From Octopus bimaculoides (taxonomy: Eukaryota): 64,000 nucleotides of DNA. The stretch is from the NCBI RefSeq assembly GCF_001194135.2, contig NC_068991.1:43421062-43485061 (forward strand), given 5' to 3'. The notes below the pieces were generated by a model. The model was given only the letters and a program-made list of their open reading frames with translations. It had not been told where the DNA came from and did no database searches. This document shows positions 41,735 through 56,600 of the stretch, piece after piece. The position numbers were made by a program, and so were the translations under genes. Every line of letters begins with the position of its first letter. Within the stretch, counting starts at the first letter, position 1.

Positions 41735-42370
41735 TTGTTTCAGTCATTGGACTGTGGCCATGCTGGGACACTGCTTTGTAGAGTTTAGTCAAACAAATCA
41801 ACCCCAGAAATAATTTTTTTATTTTTGGTATTTGTTCTATGGGTCTTTTTTGCCAAACTGCTAAGTAAAGGAGAGGTAAACAAATCAATACCAATTGTCA
41901 AACATTGGGAATGGGACAATCACAAAAATATATACATACACACATATATGTATGTGTGTGTGTATGACAAGTTTCATCATCATTGTTAAACTTCCACTTT
42001 TTCATGCTTGCATGGGTCAGATGGAATTTGTTGAGACATTTTCTATCACTGGATGCCCTTTCTATCATCAACCTCACCTGTTTCCAAGCAAGGTAATATT
42101 TTCCCATAGCCAGACAGGTTTCCAAGGAAGACTGGAAACAATATGGCTTGTATGACAGTGATGCTTGTTTGCATGATGCTAAGACAAGAGTACACACAAA
42201 CACATATATACAATGGGCTTCTTTCAGTTTTCATTTATCAAATTTACTTAGAAGGCTTTGGTTGGCCCAGAGATATAGTCAAATATATTTGCCTAAAGTG
42301 CTACACAACGGGACTGAACCAATGATCATATAGCTGGGAAGCAAGCTTTTCAATCACACAGGCATGCTTG
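41735..42370 (-). mobile_element. Family-1 SINE with a nested RTE-tail insertion (~41970-42170) in its microsatellite
   Basis: The SINE tail and head flank a segment matching the RTE 3' tail repeat. Confidence 0.65.
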
Positions 42371-45300
42371 CAGCTAATTTATAACCCATGAACTGAGAGT
42401 CCTACTTATTTGACATTTTCTCTAGACACTTAAAAGTATTTAATTAGAAAAGAAAAAAATAGATCTATTTCTCTATAATCTAATCAACTTACAAAGAACA
42501 ATTTAAGATATTTGGGGTTTTTTTCCTGTCAAAGATAACTCATTAGGTTTATTTAAATAAATCACTAACAACAATTTTACTAATAAGTCACACAGTAAAA
42601 ATTCTTCCTCATTAAAAGAACAAGTATGACTAAGTGGTGAATAACATGTTCAGTCAAGTTAAAAAGCCATTGAAACAAGTTGGGGCAAACCTAATTGTTT
42701 TGAGACTGTGCTCAAATTGTGGGGTAGAAAGAGAGGAAGGAGAGAGAAAAGGAATGAGTGAAAAAGTAATTTGGAGCATAGAACTACTGCAAAAATGTAG
42801 TACCTTTTTAACTTTCAAATAGAATTAAACAAAATAAGTATTTGATTTTTTGAAAATAAAATGTGATAAAACTTTATCTTATTTTTAAGTGAATGTAATT
42901 AGATTTTTGAGCTAACTAATTTTGTATTTGTAAAATTATAAGGTTGTATCTTAACATTAATACTCGTGTAATATCCCCAATGAAGATGTTTAACTTTGTC
43001 TAGTTTTGTTCTACTATTGAGACAGGGGTATAGCTTATAACTGTCAGAAGGAAGGAAACTATAACTGGAAAGTATTTCCTTGGCTTCTAGTTTTGGATTG
43101 AAATCCACTCACTGCAGGGATATTAACAACAGCATCAATATCACCATTTTAATGTCCACTTTTCCAATGGGTCAGATGGAATCCAGTGATACAGATTTTG
43201 TATGGTCGAATGTCCCACTCATCACCAACCCTCACTTGTTTACAAGAAAAGTAATATTACAACATGACTATTAACTATTCAGGTGTCATGACATCTAATG
43301 TTTGGTCCTTTCCTCCATACCACATTCACTAGTCTCTCTCTCCCCACTTTTCTCTCCACCATCACCTTTGTTATATATGATATATACAAGAGTAAAGAGG
43401 GTTTCATCAGCAATTAAAAGACTCATCTTCAATTCTTTCAGCCTCTGCCATCACTGTGATCAGACAATCAGAGTAGACTGTAGAAAACTGCCTACTTAGT
43501 CTATGTTAAAAAAGAGAAATTGACAAGATAATTTTCACACTAAACTTAGCTGTCCTCTTCTATTTATCCTGTAACCATTTGAAGAACCAGAACAGAAACT
43601 CAGTAAGATACACTAGACCTTTAAAAAACAGCTGCTATTGATTTATCTAAATAAAGTAATGATAGAATTAAGTGAGCATCTTCAAAGTACATCTAATATC
43701 TGAGAAGCATTTATTTTTCTCATTTAATAAGGTTTACTGGAATAAAGTGAAAGTATTAAAAACCTCATCACATTACTGAAATTTGGGAATATACTAACAT
43801 GGGTTAGAGACACTTGTGCTAAAGATATATAGTTCAAACATATGTGCAGTAACCATATAAGAGTTAAAAATTCATGGTTTTGCTCAGAGCTGTAGAGTTA
43901 GAAGTAATTATTGAATTACTGGAGTTAGAGTCACTATGCTTTTATTGGTTCCAACTAAATGTAAATTGTAAAATAATGCATTAAAATTTATTTCATAGAT
44001 ACTAATTCATTTGCTTTCTACAATGAAAATAATCTAAGCAAATTTGAAGATTTCTATAATAGAGGATCTAGTAGAAGCAATCCTGTTTTTAAGTATGTCA
44101 ATAACTTTGGGATTTAACTCCTATTTTATAGCTGTTCCCATAATAAATTTTGCATGGATAGATTTTTCAGTCTTCTACAAAATAAATTTTATCTATTGCT
44201 TTCTTTTATGTTACACTTACTTGAACTCTATATTCACTGATTTAAATCACTAAAAGGATTATGTATCCAGTTACTTAAGGCATTCAATTTAGATTTAACA
44301 CTGACTTTTTTTTTTTAATGTTAATCTAAAAACAAGACGATCTCAATAAAATTAGATAATCAAAATTTTTGGAAAATAATGACATGCAGATAAAAGTGAC
44401 ATTTCTATTTTAAGTTAACTAGTGATAGTTTATAAAAGTTGTATGGTTTTGATTCACTAACAATTTGTAGTAAAAAAAAAAAATAAATAAATAAATAAAA
44501 CCCAATCCCTCACAAGCTTAATAGAAAAGGTAGAGATGATGCACTCTAGTAAACTATCAAGAGACAAGGTGAATTTCTGTTCAACACTTACCAAGTGTAA
44601 CAGACTTTTAGAAAGTTTATTCACCAAACAAATGCTAGAGAAAGGAAAGTGGAAAATATTGACAGATTCAACATGTTTACACTGTCGATAACCTTGCTTA
44701 GTTCATATAAATATACTGACTGCTTTATTTCCGAAACAAATGGTACATTGAGAACTCAAATATTGATATGATATTTGTATATATGCAAATAAATATATTG
44801 AGATGTGTGTGTGTGTGTGTGTCTGCATGCATGTGCATGTGTGTGTGCATCATGCATTTGGAGAACATTTCTTTAATGTATTCATTTAAACTATTTTTAT
44901 TCTATTTATATTTTATTTCAAATACTGAAGAGTTTTCATTGCAATTATTGAATATATAAAATGGTAATAGAGGACAGAAACAACTGAATTCTTAACAAAA
45001 TGCCATAGACTACTACATCGTTTTTATGCTCAGTGTTCAAACCCCACAGGAATTAACTTTATCTTTCATCCCCCAAGGAGCAACAAGGAATCAGTTCAAT
45101 GAACTATGCCTTTCTCCCAAAAATGTGAACTTCAGTTAATAAGAAATTATAATTGGGAATATTGGTATTAATTTTCCAAATTCCATATTATCAGTGATTG
45201 AAGACAATGTCATTTTTTTATAGGATGTTCATCACTGGAATCATGATTATTTTGTGTATTACACAATATAATCTTTTATTTTGCTTTTGGTTGGTTGTTT

Positions 45301-48300
45301 TCCCTCAACTGGATATCTTCAATGTAAGGTCATATGTCCTTAACGTAAGAAATTAAACTTGGAACAAAAAAAAATCCACAAGAAATAAACATAAAATATT
45401 TAAAGTCTTTTTACTATTTCACATACACATGCATTCTTTCAGGCTCATAAGGCAAGATTATTTTGTGTATTATTGATAGCCTGATGAATTATTGGAAACT
45501 AGTTTAAAAGATGGAATTCATCCTCTTCATAGAACAATTCAGCTGTGAAAGTCAAGCGGCATCTATTTGGTTGGCTAAGACAAGAAGAATAATGTCCTGT
45601 ACAAGAATTGAACTTAGTCATTCAGCATTATTTGGAAATTTGTCTTGAGGTCACTGTACTTTTCTAACCGTACCTAACCATACTTTTCTGTTTGTTTTTC
45701 AATGCTTACATGATGGTTCTGAAGCAAAACATTTAAGTGACATAACTATACAGCATCTCTGTGAGGCTGAACATTCTCAAGTTCATCCTAACATGATTTC
45801 TCAAATTGTTGTTCTACCTTTATGTCTAAATCAGTTGATAATACACACGAAAATTAAGCAATTATTTTCCATGTATTTATAAAGAAAACGTATGAAAGAA
45901 AGTCTTGTATCTTTTTTCCATTGCAGCTAACAAAAATGCATAAATCCCTTAAAATTACTTCAGATATTTAGTCTCACAATCTTTCATGATGAACTTAAAT
46001 ATATATCATTATTGAAACTGAATCCCAGAACCCAAGATTCCACTTTAGAGTTAGAAAATACTGAACTCTGGTAAGTTGATGGCCTCTCCTAGAAAGCTTG
46101 TGTTTAATCCATGTTAGAGAACTGCTCATATATTTGAGAGGCACATGCAAACATGTGACACACAAACATGTGGAACTGCTATTTGAATGAGTGGCAAAGA
46201 TTCCTCAACATACTTCAACAACATCTCATTGATATGTTTCTTTTCTACTACAATGGCCTCTGCTCCACTAAGTTAACTAGCAATATACCCCTTTCCATTC
46301 ACTTCTACTTAGCTTCTTCCATCACTGCTTCATCCTCTAAATTCTACACAAAACACTTCATCCTTCTTCCTCACATCAATAGTGCTATATGATCCTGCTC
46401 CAACAAACATTTTTACACAAGACATTGATTTACAACTTCAATTTTGGAAGACCTGCAAACCATCATAGGCATTGTGCCTCCTTTAACTCATGCAAGATAC
46501 AAATAAAATAAAAATCTAATTGAAGAAGGTATGAACCGAACTTACACTGAGCAATAATTTGGTAAAAGAAAGATGTAGATCAGTCTTCAACTTAATTTCT
46601 GTACTAATGTTTTATTTCTCTGTATATGTGTTATGTGCATTGTAATTCATATACACATGCACTAAATTTGTTGGCATACAAACTGCAATTAAATCTAAAT
46701 TTATTTATTGATGCTTCTTTTTTCCTTATCTTTTAAGAGTAAGATTGTTAAATATTTGTACAGAGAATTTAAAGTTGAGTGGAATACATTAAAGACATTT
46801 AATTTCAATTTTTACTTCAGAAAGTTTTTATAATTGTTGATTAATTAACAAAGATTCATTGCTTCTCTAACAAACTGACAAATACAATTTTTAAAAATAT
46901 ATAAAAGAATTGTGCTTTTTATTGTCTCATGTGCAACCAAAAGTCACCTTTTAATTCTCTGAACAGCCAAAAAAAAAAAAGGATGAAGGAAAAAAAATAT
47001 GGCAATGTTTTGATGAATTCCAGTCAGCTTAATCATTAATTATTTCATCAACAATCATTGAATTATCTTTCTATCAGATAAAACTGCTACAAAATAAAAT
47101 CGAATTCAAATAATTGATTTTAGAATAAAGGAGATCAAACTTCTCAAGCAAATGTGATAGTGTTAGATAAAAAAGCTTTTAATGTTTTTATTCTATTTAT
47201 TTGGNNNNNNNNNNNNNNNNNNNNGGGGGGGGGGGGAATAGACATTTAAAATATCAACTTGATTTATTTTCTGTTTGAAATTAAGACTACATTGTGCTGT
47301 TTTGTTCATTTTCTATACTAGCATAAATTAGTCAAATGTTTATAAAACTGCCTCTATCTTACTGCTTCTGTTTTGGGATCATATTTTTTTAGGTCATTTT
47401 TATAACACACATTTAAATAACTTCTGTGTAACTGTCTAAATGCTTCCTAGGTTATCAACTTTTAAACAGGGACAACATAAAAGAATTTTATTACTTATTA
47501 ATTCTCACTGGTCATTTCGAGTGATTATTCAATATCTTACCATTTTCCATTCTTGACACTAGCTATTCATCTATAAATTTGCATATTTTCTTACAATAAT
47601 TGCATTGCTCCTTTCATCAAATTATCATATTGATTTTCTCTTACACATTACAACTTATTTCTTACCTCATACAATAAATATTACTCAATGGATTAGTCAT
47701 TTCAATTGTTATTAGTTTTTGGCAAGTCTTCTGCACTTAGTGCCCACTTTTCTCCCTTAACCATGCATCACAATATTATATTTTGCACAAAGTTTTCTAA
47801 ATGTTTCTGTTATTTTGCAGTGTTAGACCCATCCCATTAAAAAGAAAGCCATGTAAATAGATATAATGCCCTTTCTTCAAATATGGAATGCCACCCCTAT
47901 AACACATCTAATAAGTATCCTTAATTTATGTCTGAACTATACATACTATTTTTTCATGTAAATGCACTTTAGATCACTAAGTGTTGAGTGACTGTCAATC
48001 TCCTTGGAATGTGAAAATACTTCTTTTAATAACTATTAGATGAATAGTCAACATTACAGTTAACATACTTTCAACAAATATTCATACAATTTCTTGCGAC
48101 TAACAGTCACACCCCCAACAAACTTTACAGATATACAAAAAAAAAAGTTAAATAAAAGCTAAAATAAACTTTTCTATAATTGCCATATGATTTTTAATTT
48201 TAAGAATCCGGTAACTTGTGGTTTATCAAATATCAATAATACAGTTAAAACACTCACTTAAAAGAAAAAGGAAAGGATAAAAATTCAAAAATGCTAGGCT

Positions 48301-48515
48301 GCAAAGGTCCATAAAATTTAATTTTGCATTTCATTCTTCTGGAGTCAATGACCCTCAAATATACTAGGATCCATATTTGAAGTACCTTTTAACTAAGCAT
48401 TTAAATAATATAATAAAACTGAAATCTCAAAATTATGTCTGCCTCTACAGTTAAGCACCTCATAGGTACAAAACCAATGGCCACTCTCTGACCAGCCATA
48501 ACAATCAAAATTCTG

Positions 48516-48558
<43 letters not shown>

Positions 48559-51500
48559 TATCATTTGTAAAAATATAAATCCGAAAGAAGCAGCACACTC
48601 ATAAAGGGTTTAGCCTTATGGTGTATCATCAGATCCCATGGCTTTTTAAAAATATTTTTAAGAGGTCATGGGCCAACAGGTTTTTGGGGGATCTGACAAT
48701 ACTAAAGCTAAACCCTTTATGGACTGGAAACCTAAGGTAATCCCATAAACTGGCCTTCCCCATTTTTAATATATATATATATATATAAAGAGCCAGCCAT
48801 CACCTGCAAATAAATATTGTTAGGTAATGCATTTTGCATTCACTAACTGTTTTAAGTGCCTATGCAACCATGAAAGGACATAGATACCCTCTCATCTCTC
48901 TCTCGCTTTTTGACCCAGTGGCACATCCAGCATGACAACTGGAGAGAGAGAAAGAATTGTACCAGCATCCAGCTGGTACTCATTTTCAACTCAGTAAACA
49001 GGAACATTGTGAAATGAAGTGCCGGGACAAAGAAGCAACATACTACCCATTCCAAGAATTGAATCCATGACATCATGATTGTGAGCCATACAGCTTAACC
49101 GCTGCATCACATGCCTTCATACATACATGTGTCTATTTCATCATCTTCATCACTTAACATCTGTTTTCCATGCTGACATGGGTTAGATGGTTTGACAGGA
49201 GTTGGCAAGCCAGAAGACTATGCCAGGTTCCATTGTCTGTTTTGGCATGGTTTCTACAGCTGGATACTCTTCCTAATGCCAACCACTTTACAGAGTGTAC
49301 TGGATGGTTTTTACATGACATCAGCATCGGTGGGGGTCATCAAGTAATTTGCAAGACAAAAGCCACTCAACAGGGAAGGGGAGTAGTATTGTGGTGGGTA
49401 GTTTTGTACTAGTTGGAAGGTTAAATGTAATAGAGGGATAGACTATAGGTAATTTGTTATAGAGGAGATACATGGTTACTCTAGATGGAAAGGAAGGAAG
49501 AGATGAGAAAGGAGAGAGCCAGGGTTATAGAGAAAGAAAGAGATATAGAGAGAGACAGTTGATGGTAGACATATGTATAGGTTAATTTTTTTATTACACA
49601 AATTAAAAAAAGAACATCCTTATTCTTTTTGCATCTTACAAAAATGTTTCTAACTTTTCTAGTCATAAAACAACAGATTTTGTTGAAATAAAGCCTACAT
49701 GTTGAAGTACTAAATTCCAAAGCAGATGGTGGCTAATAAAATGAGATGGCTACAGTTGATACATTGACTGAACACATTTTAATCAGAGCATAAGTCTCCA
49801 AAATAAGTACATGCAGAAAACTTGCTGTTAATCTCATTCAAGATAATACAGTTAAATAATAACTCCTTGAGATAAAGGTGAGAGATTAAGTTGGCTCTAG
49901 TGAGATTTGAACTCAGAATGTAGAGACATGTAATTGCATACTGAAAGATATTTAATTCAATGCTCTACCTACCCTGTCCGTCTCTCCACCAACCTAATTT
50001 GGAATCTAAAATAAATCTTTAACTTTGAATAATTACAGCAGAAAACCAAATGGCATGAATACTTTAAATGTTATTAAAACATCACCAATCACTATTGGTT
50101 TGAATAATAATGATTTCTAATATTAATACAATATCAGGGTTGTGGGAAGGAACAGTTAATCAATTCCAATACTTGAGTGGTTTTCATTTTATTAATCCTG
50201 AAGAGATGAAAGGAAAAGTCAATTCCAGCAGAATTTGAATTCAGAACATAACAGTACATGACTAAATATCACAAGGCATTTTGCTTGATGCTCTACTTAT
50301 TTTGCCACTCACCTCCTTATAATAATTGTTTTTAATATAGACACAAGGTTAAAAATTAATAAAAGAGCTTAGTCGATTAAATCAGCCACTTTACTTACAT
50401 CTATTTCATTTCATTAACCCCAGAAGAATGAAAGGCAATGTTGAGGTAAAGAGCTGTATAAAAAAGATAATTAATCTAAATGTGTATATTTGGTTTAAAA
50501 TGGAATGTGCAAGTGTGTGAATATATAAGAAAAAGAGAGAGTGAGTTTAACAGAAGCTGTAGAAAGTTTATTCAGTAAGAAATATTGTATGTTTAGAATT
50601 AATGAAATTTAAAACCACTGTTAAAAAACAGCACAAAGAAAAATAGATGACCAGACATTTAAAGAGTTGAAACAGTCTTTTACTAATCTTAAGAACTCAC
50701 CAGGAATTGTCTACGAATGTAATTACATAGTAACCCTGACACAGTGACATATTAGAGAGAGACTCCAATTAAATGTTAATCAAAGAAAGAAGCCATGATT
50801 ACAAGCCAAATTTCACAGTCTGTCATACATTCATTCTTAAAAGATTAAGTCTTCATTCCCATTCCCACGTTAATCCAACACCCAACAATCTTTTAGATTG
50901 TATTACGTATAGTGAACCCATTACCTTTTAAACTGGATAAGTTCACCTTTTAAACTGGATGATAAGTTCACTGACATGAGCTAAGTTGTTAAATCAACAG
51001 AGGATTGGGGCAGCTTTATGCTGAAGTCTGTGCTTCCTAACAAAATTTTCAAAATAATTTCAGTGGCCTAGTAGATAAGGTATTACTTGACTGAGAAGTT
51101 GTATTCTTGTTATTGACATTGTACTCTTCAAGAAATGAGACAATAAACTATCTTTTAATCGAAATGTAAAATAGATAAAAAGATAGTGACTGAGCTGGAG
51201 TACGAAATTATCTGAAAACATGTGTTGATTTTGTGGTTTACAGTGTGAATATCAAATCCATCTTCACAAGTAAATGAGTGAGTGAATGAGTTAGACTTGC
51301 AAAATAATCTGTTGCGAGCAAACAAATCAAATTAACACGAACACAATGTTAATTATTGACTGAGCTAGAGATACCTGTGGTTACTTGACAAGCAAATTCG
51401 ATAAAAAGGAATTTAGTGTAAATATAGGGCCAAGCTCCCAGTGAAGAAAAATTCATTGCATTCATTTCTCTGATAAACTGACCAGTTATGTAAGTTATTC

Positions 51501-53414
51501 CATTAGCAATGGTTACAAGTATTGTTGCTGTTTGTTGAATAACTTTGATCAACACTACTTGAATAGACTAAAGGCATAGACAAGGCTGAATGAGTGCATA
51601 AGAGTAAACCAAAAGTTCAGATAAGCCATGATTTAGTCTGATCAGGGACTATACACTCCCTACCACATATGCAAAAGAGGCAGTTAGGACAGATACCTTC
51701 TGCTTAACCTCCTCCAATTTGTTCATACATGATTGAAAGATCTGACTGTTACAGTCAACAGAGGTGGAATACAAGATTATCTTAATTCTTGAGACTTGTT
51801 AAGAGGTAGATAGGAAAGTAGCAATAAATTGTATTATAACAGCTTCATTAGTATACACAAAAGTTTTATTTACAAAGAACATTCGCAAAAGAAACACGCA
51901 CTAATAAGACAATCTAAATATTTTAACAGTACAAACCTCGGCAGACTATTTTACAGAAACCTTTCATTATGGAGTTGTCATTAAACAGGTCTTTTTTCAG
52001 TAAGATTCAAAATCAAGTACACTGATCAGTTTATTTTGAGGTTTGGTTGTGGACAGACCTCAAGCAAAGATAACCAAAGACCCCATTCCCAAGCCAGGTA
52101 ATAAAGGCAACCTGCCAAGGATGACGTACAATCTGAATAAGCCCAATAGTATTTAAAAAGTACAACTCTAATCAAATGGAAGCAACAGGAACTCTACCAA
52201 AAGATGCAGAGTGGGTACCCTAGTTCTGAATTAAAACTGATAGCACTAATAGTTAGTGAAAGTTTAGAAGAAGCATCCAGCTGCAAAAATAAGAAGGAAC
52301 AAATGGAAATAAAGAGAATACTTTAGTGTTGTTGTGGACATTATATACTACCAGTGACATGAAAAATTGCACCTAGTACATTCTGTGAAGTGATTGGTGA
52401 TAGGAAAGGTATCCAGTCATGAAATCTTGCCAAAATTAACATAACAGTATTGGCTGGTTTTTCTCTATTACTGTGTGTGCCAGAAAATGAGGGTCTGCCA
52501 TGAATGACAATATGCAGGGAGACTCAAACAATGCATGAAACATTGTAAAAAGATATACAATAATGATGGGTTTAGAGTGTCCTTCCACTTTCTCTTCAAT
52601 TAAAGTCATGTGTGTTAGTAATTTCTTTCATGGTCTCAAGAATCTGTTTCAATACACTTATGAAATATTTAAGCTATTACAGCACTTGACCATCAGGCCA
52701 AAGGCTTTACTTCACACTATGTGTACATGACTTACTGAGAACCAGGAACTACACTGATTTCTTTGTGTTTAAAACGGGAATCCCGATCTGAAACATTTTT
52801 AATAGTTCTTGCACATTAAAATTTACTAAACTTTCTAAACTATAGCATCATAAAGAGGTGGTTGAAAAAATATCACAATATCTTCTTTATATGTACTAAT
52901 ATTGATAGTTACCCTATGTGAAAGGCCTCTCCGAAAAGATACAACAGATATGCAGCCCATATGACATCAGGACAGTATTCAAAAGTAATACAACACTTCA
53001 CAAATATCTCCTTTGAATAAAACCACCAATAGAAGAGAATATGACCAAGAACTGCGTGTACTCCATCCCATGCAGCTGTGGTAGATTATACATAGGCGAA
53101 ACATGCCACCCACTCAAAATAAGGGCAGAGGAACTTTGCAAAGCTGTGACACAGGGAGGTATTGATAAATTGGGTATAGCTGATCATGTATGGAAAAATG
53201 GAGACTACCTCCCTCTGTGGGATGAAGTTAAAATAATAGAGAGAGAACACCACTGGAAAATACGGAAACTAAAAGAAGCAGTACATATGCTAGGACACAA
53301 CATCCTCCTAAGCAGACCAAGTGCAGATATGAACAGCATATGGGAGCCAGTATTAAGGAAGGATAGAAGAATATTAGATTTATAAGCCCTAAAATTCACT
53401 CCATAATTGCCCAC

Positions 53415-53487
53415 AGGCATATGGCATAATGGTTAAGAGCACAGGCTACTAACCCCAAGATTCCGAGTTCGATTCCAGGCAGTGACC
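53415..53487 (+). repeat. tRNA-derived head (A box, B box) within the PLE terminal repeat
   Basis: TGGCATAATGG (A-box-like), an anticodon-like loop CTACTAA and GAGTTCGATTCC (B box). The same 73-nt unit occurs at 24947-25019 (-) and 25022-25094 (+). Arms pair only partly, so it is not a functional tRNA. Confidence 0.75.
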
Positions 53488-53567
53488 TGAATAATAATAA
53501 TAATAATATTAATAATAATATCGAAAAATACCTTAGGAATGAGAACCCAGGTTTGAAATTTCCCCAA

Positions 53568-53610
53568 GACACCTGATGAAGGCTGGAGGGTATATCAGCC
53601 GAAACGTGTT
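53568..53610 (+). ncRNA. Degenerate minimal type I hammerhead motif (3-nt deletion at the cleavage triplet)
   Basis: GACAC-CTGATGA-A-GGCTG-N10-CAGCC-GAAAC-GTGTT. Core and stem II are intact; GTT is missing relative to the other copies. Confidence 0.7.
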
Positions 53611-56600
53611 AACAACAAACAAGATGAGGACAAATATCTGTCAATGTAAATAATGTAAATTCAGATTCCTGTTTTACTTTCACTAGATTTTGCTAAACTT
53701 ACTTGTCTCTAGCAAACCAAAAATCTTTTGACTTTCTCACTCATGTTTCATCACTACACAACATTCCACTTGATATATGCATTTTGCAGATGGGAATAGA
53801 GACCATAGCCATTACAAATATACTCTACCCAGTACATACATTCGCAGTCACATTCCCTATGAGAAATAGCAGTCATATCCCTCAAGTCTATCATTTTTAG
53901 AAAGAGCATACTGAATAAGACAACCCTAGATGCACAATACCTAAAAATAAAATAGAATAGTCATGATAAGGAATGTCTTTGATCATTTGTCTACTGGATT
54001 GAATTTGACTTACGCTAAACAACAAATAACTCTAGGACATGAAAGTGAATAATATAGCTATTGTTGTATATACACTAGGAGTAACACAAAAATTGCTGTT
54101 GACTGACTGTACCAAGAGATATTACCATACACAAACCAACTGGGAAGTCTACATGGTCATGCAACTTGCTAAAAACAGCAGCTGAACCTTCTTGAAATTA
54201 CACCCTACCATCTCAAAAAGGAAGAATACATTGGATAAAGTGGTCGTATGCACACTGTCTGAAAAAATACAAAAAAAAATGTTGGAATGCTTTTTGATCA
54301 GAGCTGACCTAACTGAAAGCAATGCTATAATTAAATCTATCTTCCGTAAAAAAAAAAATCAACCCTACTTTAGCAATATAAACCTATACATTACAACAAA
54401 ACTAGAAAAACAAACTCACAACCAGTGACTGATGTAGTATATAAGCTTAAAAGATAACCTTTTCAAAAATCAGAACCTGTATCAGGTATTGTCCAAACAA
54501 AAGACAAAATTGAACTGGAAATAGTTATTGGTCCCGGATCATCTCATCTGTTTAAATCTTACTGCACTCCTAGACTATCATTTGTTTGACAGATGAAGTA
54601 TAACATGTTAGTACATATGTGATTTGCATGTAAGATTTCATACAAATATAGAAGTGAATAAGACCAAGAAATGATTTAGTGTTAGTGTATTTGAGACGAA
54701 GCCAGTAATAACACTTTCATATCATATGATTGTAACAACTGACAAAATAGTTCTTTTATGATAAATATATGTTTGATTTCAGTATGAATGCCAGTTAAAA
54801 CTCTACAAGGTACATTAACCATACTTGAGTTATTTTGTTTGACAAAAAAGAAGAAAAAACAACAAAAACCTAATACCTACGGTTTATTTAGCGTTGTGAA
54901 TGGGATATTGTCAAAAATAATAATAGGAGTATATGTAACTATGTCCACAATTGTATATAAACAGATGTGCACAAGTCCATATGCACATGTTTTCTTGCAC
55001 TCATGAACATGTGTGCACATGTGTATGTACAACTGCACATGTTGCAATGTAATGGACAGTTGTGTTTAAGTGCAGCTTGCTATCAAATATCTGTAGTGGT
55101 GGAGAGACAAACCAGCTCCAGTTTGATTTACAAGCATAGTCTGGAACTATATCACTGATAAGGATGTTTGTGGCTCAGCCTCCATGTATTCAAATTACTT
55201 CTGTCCCTTGTGATTAGCATGTTTCAAATCACTGAAGGGTAAAAAATTAAATATCTATGAATGAGATTTCACAGAACCTATGTAGCTGGTAGAATGAACA
55301 CATGCACATCCATGTGCAAACACACTTACACACAAATACCATAAATATATCAATAGCTTTCATTTCTCAAAATTTTAAAAAGCTGTAACAAGTTATGAAC
55401 AGCTTAATCACCAGGATTTCTTTTTACTGAGAATAAAGACAACTGTAGCAGAGAATGGTTAGAGTAGCCAAACTAATCCAGTGTTTTGTTGGTGCTTATT
55501 TTATAATCCCCCAAGATGAATAAAAAGACTACCCCCAGCATAATGTGAATTGGGAAAAGTTAGATAAAATACTATTATGCATTAGTCTAACACTGTGCAA
55601 TTTTAATCAACTTCAGCTTAATCATAGTAGTAGTAAGTTCTGAAATAGGTGGGTTGTCATAGATTTCATTAGTTAGGTCAAGATGACTGACATTTATGTT
55701 TATCCAAGGAATGTTAAAATGTAACTAAAGAGATTTAAAACAATAATCATAACTGCTTATAAGATAAAGATTTCTTTCTACACTGAAAGTCCTTATTTCT
55801 GGAAGAGGGAAGTGTACACTTAGACAAATTGAATCCAGTATTTTATGGGTCCTTGTTTTATTAAATCTCCTCCACATGTACACATAAAATAGATCTAAAC
55901 ATGTAACTATAATATATAATCTGACTGTCTACTTCTTATATCAACTCCTCTTCCACAGAAGCAAAAGTAGTAGGTCAAATAGTAAATATTACCTCCAGAT
56001 ATAATAATCAAATATAATAAGCTTCTCCATATTTCTCATGAGAGATGACTCAACAATAAAGAGGGAAACTCATTCTAGGACAGTCCAGACAATCAGACAA
56101 TGGTGATAAAATTTTTGGTCAGGAGCCTACAAGCCATAAGACAATGGGTCCCCTGTTGCTTGATCAGGTGAATAACTTATTGCTGTATATGTGACTGAGT
56201 AATTCACAGACACATGTACCCATAACATAATTCTCAAACAGTATTAGCATGACATAGATTGTAGTCTTTTTGAATTCCCACTTGGGGGACTTTTATGCAG
56301 CTTCTATCTACACAATTTCATTCACAAGGTAGGAGTCAAGCCAAGGTTATGACAATAACATTTGCTCAAGATGCCACACAATGGGATCAAACCCAAGACC
56401 TCCTGGTTATGAAGCAAACTTCTTAACCATTTAGCCATATTGCAGCTACAAGCCATTTATCACCATTAAATATGAAGCAAAAAGAAATCTATCAACTAAC
56501 AGATGTTTGAAGACAACCTTTGCCATATAGTAAAAAAGAGAAAAATTTTTTTAATAATTATTTGTAACTAAAATATAAAAAAAAAAAGACATAAAAACAA

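Larger units (their letters stand above)
52909..53660 (+). mobile_element. Penelope-like retroelement 3' relic: RT C-terminus, GIY-YIG endonuclease and terminal repeat
   Basis: One frame reads LPYVKGLSEKIQQICSPYDIRTVFKSNTTLHKYLL*IKPPIEEN-MTKNCVYSIPCSCGRLYIGET...IADHVW...EREHHWKIRKLKEA. This is a GIY-YIG domain with the PLE-type CxC motif. There is one in-frame TGA at 53014-53016. The tRNA-like/hammerhead module follows. Confidence 0.88.
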
